A stretch of DNA of 63,833 nt, counting the filler, from Octopus bimaculoides (Eukaryota), in assembly GCF_001194135.2 (NCBI RefSeq). It is 7 parts of 6 records of this genome, joined end to end, with 100 filler letters (N's around TTAATTAATTAA, not from the genome) between each part and the next. Parts side by side here need not be neighbours in the genome. Positions count along the whole stretch, not along the records: positions 62,689 to 63,833 come from NW_026328248.1; 6 more parts are not named here. One strand, 5' to 3'. Positions 62,989-63,833 of the stretch are shown one piece after another. Position 1 is the first letter of the stretch. Each line of letters begins with the position of its first letter. The translations under genes were made by a program, and so were the position numbers. The notes under the pieces are model-generated. The model saw only the letters and a list, made by a program, of their open reading frames with translations, searched no databases and was not told the DNA's origin.

Positions 62989-63249
62989 TTGTAGATCAGT
63001 GAATTGTGTGTTACTTTGAAATCTATATATATTCGGCAACAGTTCAGTGGCGACATCTACCCAAACAAGCTACTCCACGTCGATGAAGGGCAATAACCCA
63101 GAAAATGGTCCATGGATGCTGATCTCCCCTGTTCGAAAATATAAGGACACAGATGTTTTATGTCGTATAGCCAGCTGGAAACGATGTTACTTGGGACTAA
63201 ATAAAAGTAACATTGGACCCATCCTGGGACTGCAACATTATGTTGGCAA

Positions 63250-63833
63250 AATGTCTTTATCTGCCAAGAAAGGAGGGAGGCCGTGGACTTTTACAACTTG
63301 CATTAACAATGAAGATTGCCACAATCGGCCTGGACACCTACCTAAAAATCTCTGAGGACTGGATGTTAAAATTTTCTCAAAACATGAAAACAAGAAAGCA
63401 TCATACTCAGTAACAAAAACAGGGAAAGGAATATCTAAGTGAATTCCAAATACAACAAATTCCAGAATTAGACATACTAGAAACAAGAGCAGAAAAAGTT
63501 TAGCGTATGAAAACCCGTGCTAAAACTGCTGCCTTAGATATTCTGACTGATAAATGGCAAGAAAAACCTCTGTGGCAAATACCCGAAGAGAGCGAATAAT
63601 GCCGATGTTGACAAGGCCCTTACCCATCAATGGCTAATGGCTTCTGGCTTAAAATGAGAAATAGAAGGGTTTATCATAGCAGCCCAAGATCAATACCTTC
63701 CTACAAGGAACTACCAGGCCAACATATCAAAGAACGGCGGCTTCCCAACATGTCATATACGTCAACAAAATAAAACCATTGACCATGTTGTCTCCATGTG
63801 CAGTCTTCTAGCGCCTACAGAATATCTCAACAG
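63250..63833 (+). mobile_element. R4/Dong-clade LINE, post-RT region to the zinc-knuckle
   Basis: LYLPRKEGGRGL...KWQEKPL..KYP...QWL..SGLK*EIEGFIIAAQDQYLPTRNY...TIDHVVSMCSLLAPTEYLNR; frameshifted. Confidence 0.85.

Overview
AT-rich animal genomic DNA, most likely octopus (coleoid cephalopod). This is inferred from the tRNA-derived SINE families and the very high microsatellite density; no database search was run. The window is seven segments joined by six artificial 100-nt linkers (44 N + TTAATTAATTAA + 44 N): 1-17439, 17540-27485, 27586-39031, 39132-50411, 50512-61449, 61550-62588 and 62689-end. Adjacency across linkers is not assured. Almost all entries in the ORF track are microsatellite or N-gap artefacts. 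The one well-supported host gene is a partial, spliced class A (rhodopsin-like, peptide-receptor-like) GPCR. Its three phase-compatible plus-strand exons (31959-32173, 34981-35044, 37502-37680) encode ECL2 to TM7, with an NPxxY-to-NPYIF change, and its introns hold three long inverted-repeat elements. The rest is transposon relics: three modular SINE families, R4/Dong-type and CR1-type LINE fragments, two Penelope-like RT relics, a Ty3/Gypsy 3' LTR, mariner-derived MITEs and a Tc1-like relic with DD38E spacing. The most interesting signals are a variant minimal hammerhead ribozyme motif in a Penelope-type terminal repeat, a candidate (AAT)n-targeting LINE with a non-autonomous partner, a head-to-head mariner derivative, and potential dsRNA structures around the GPCR exons.
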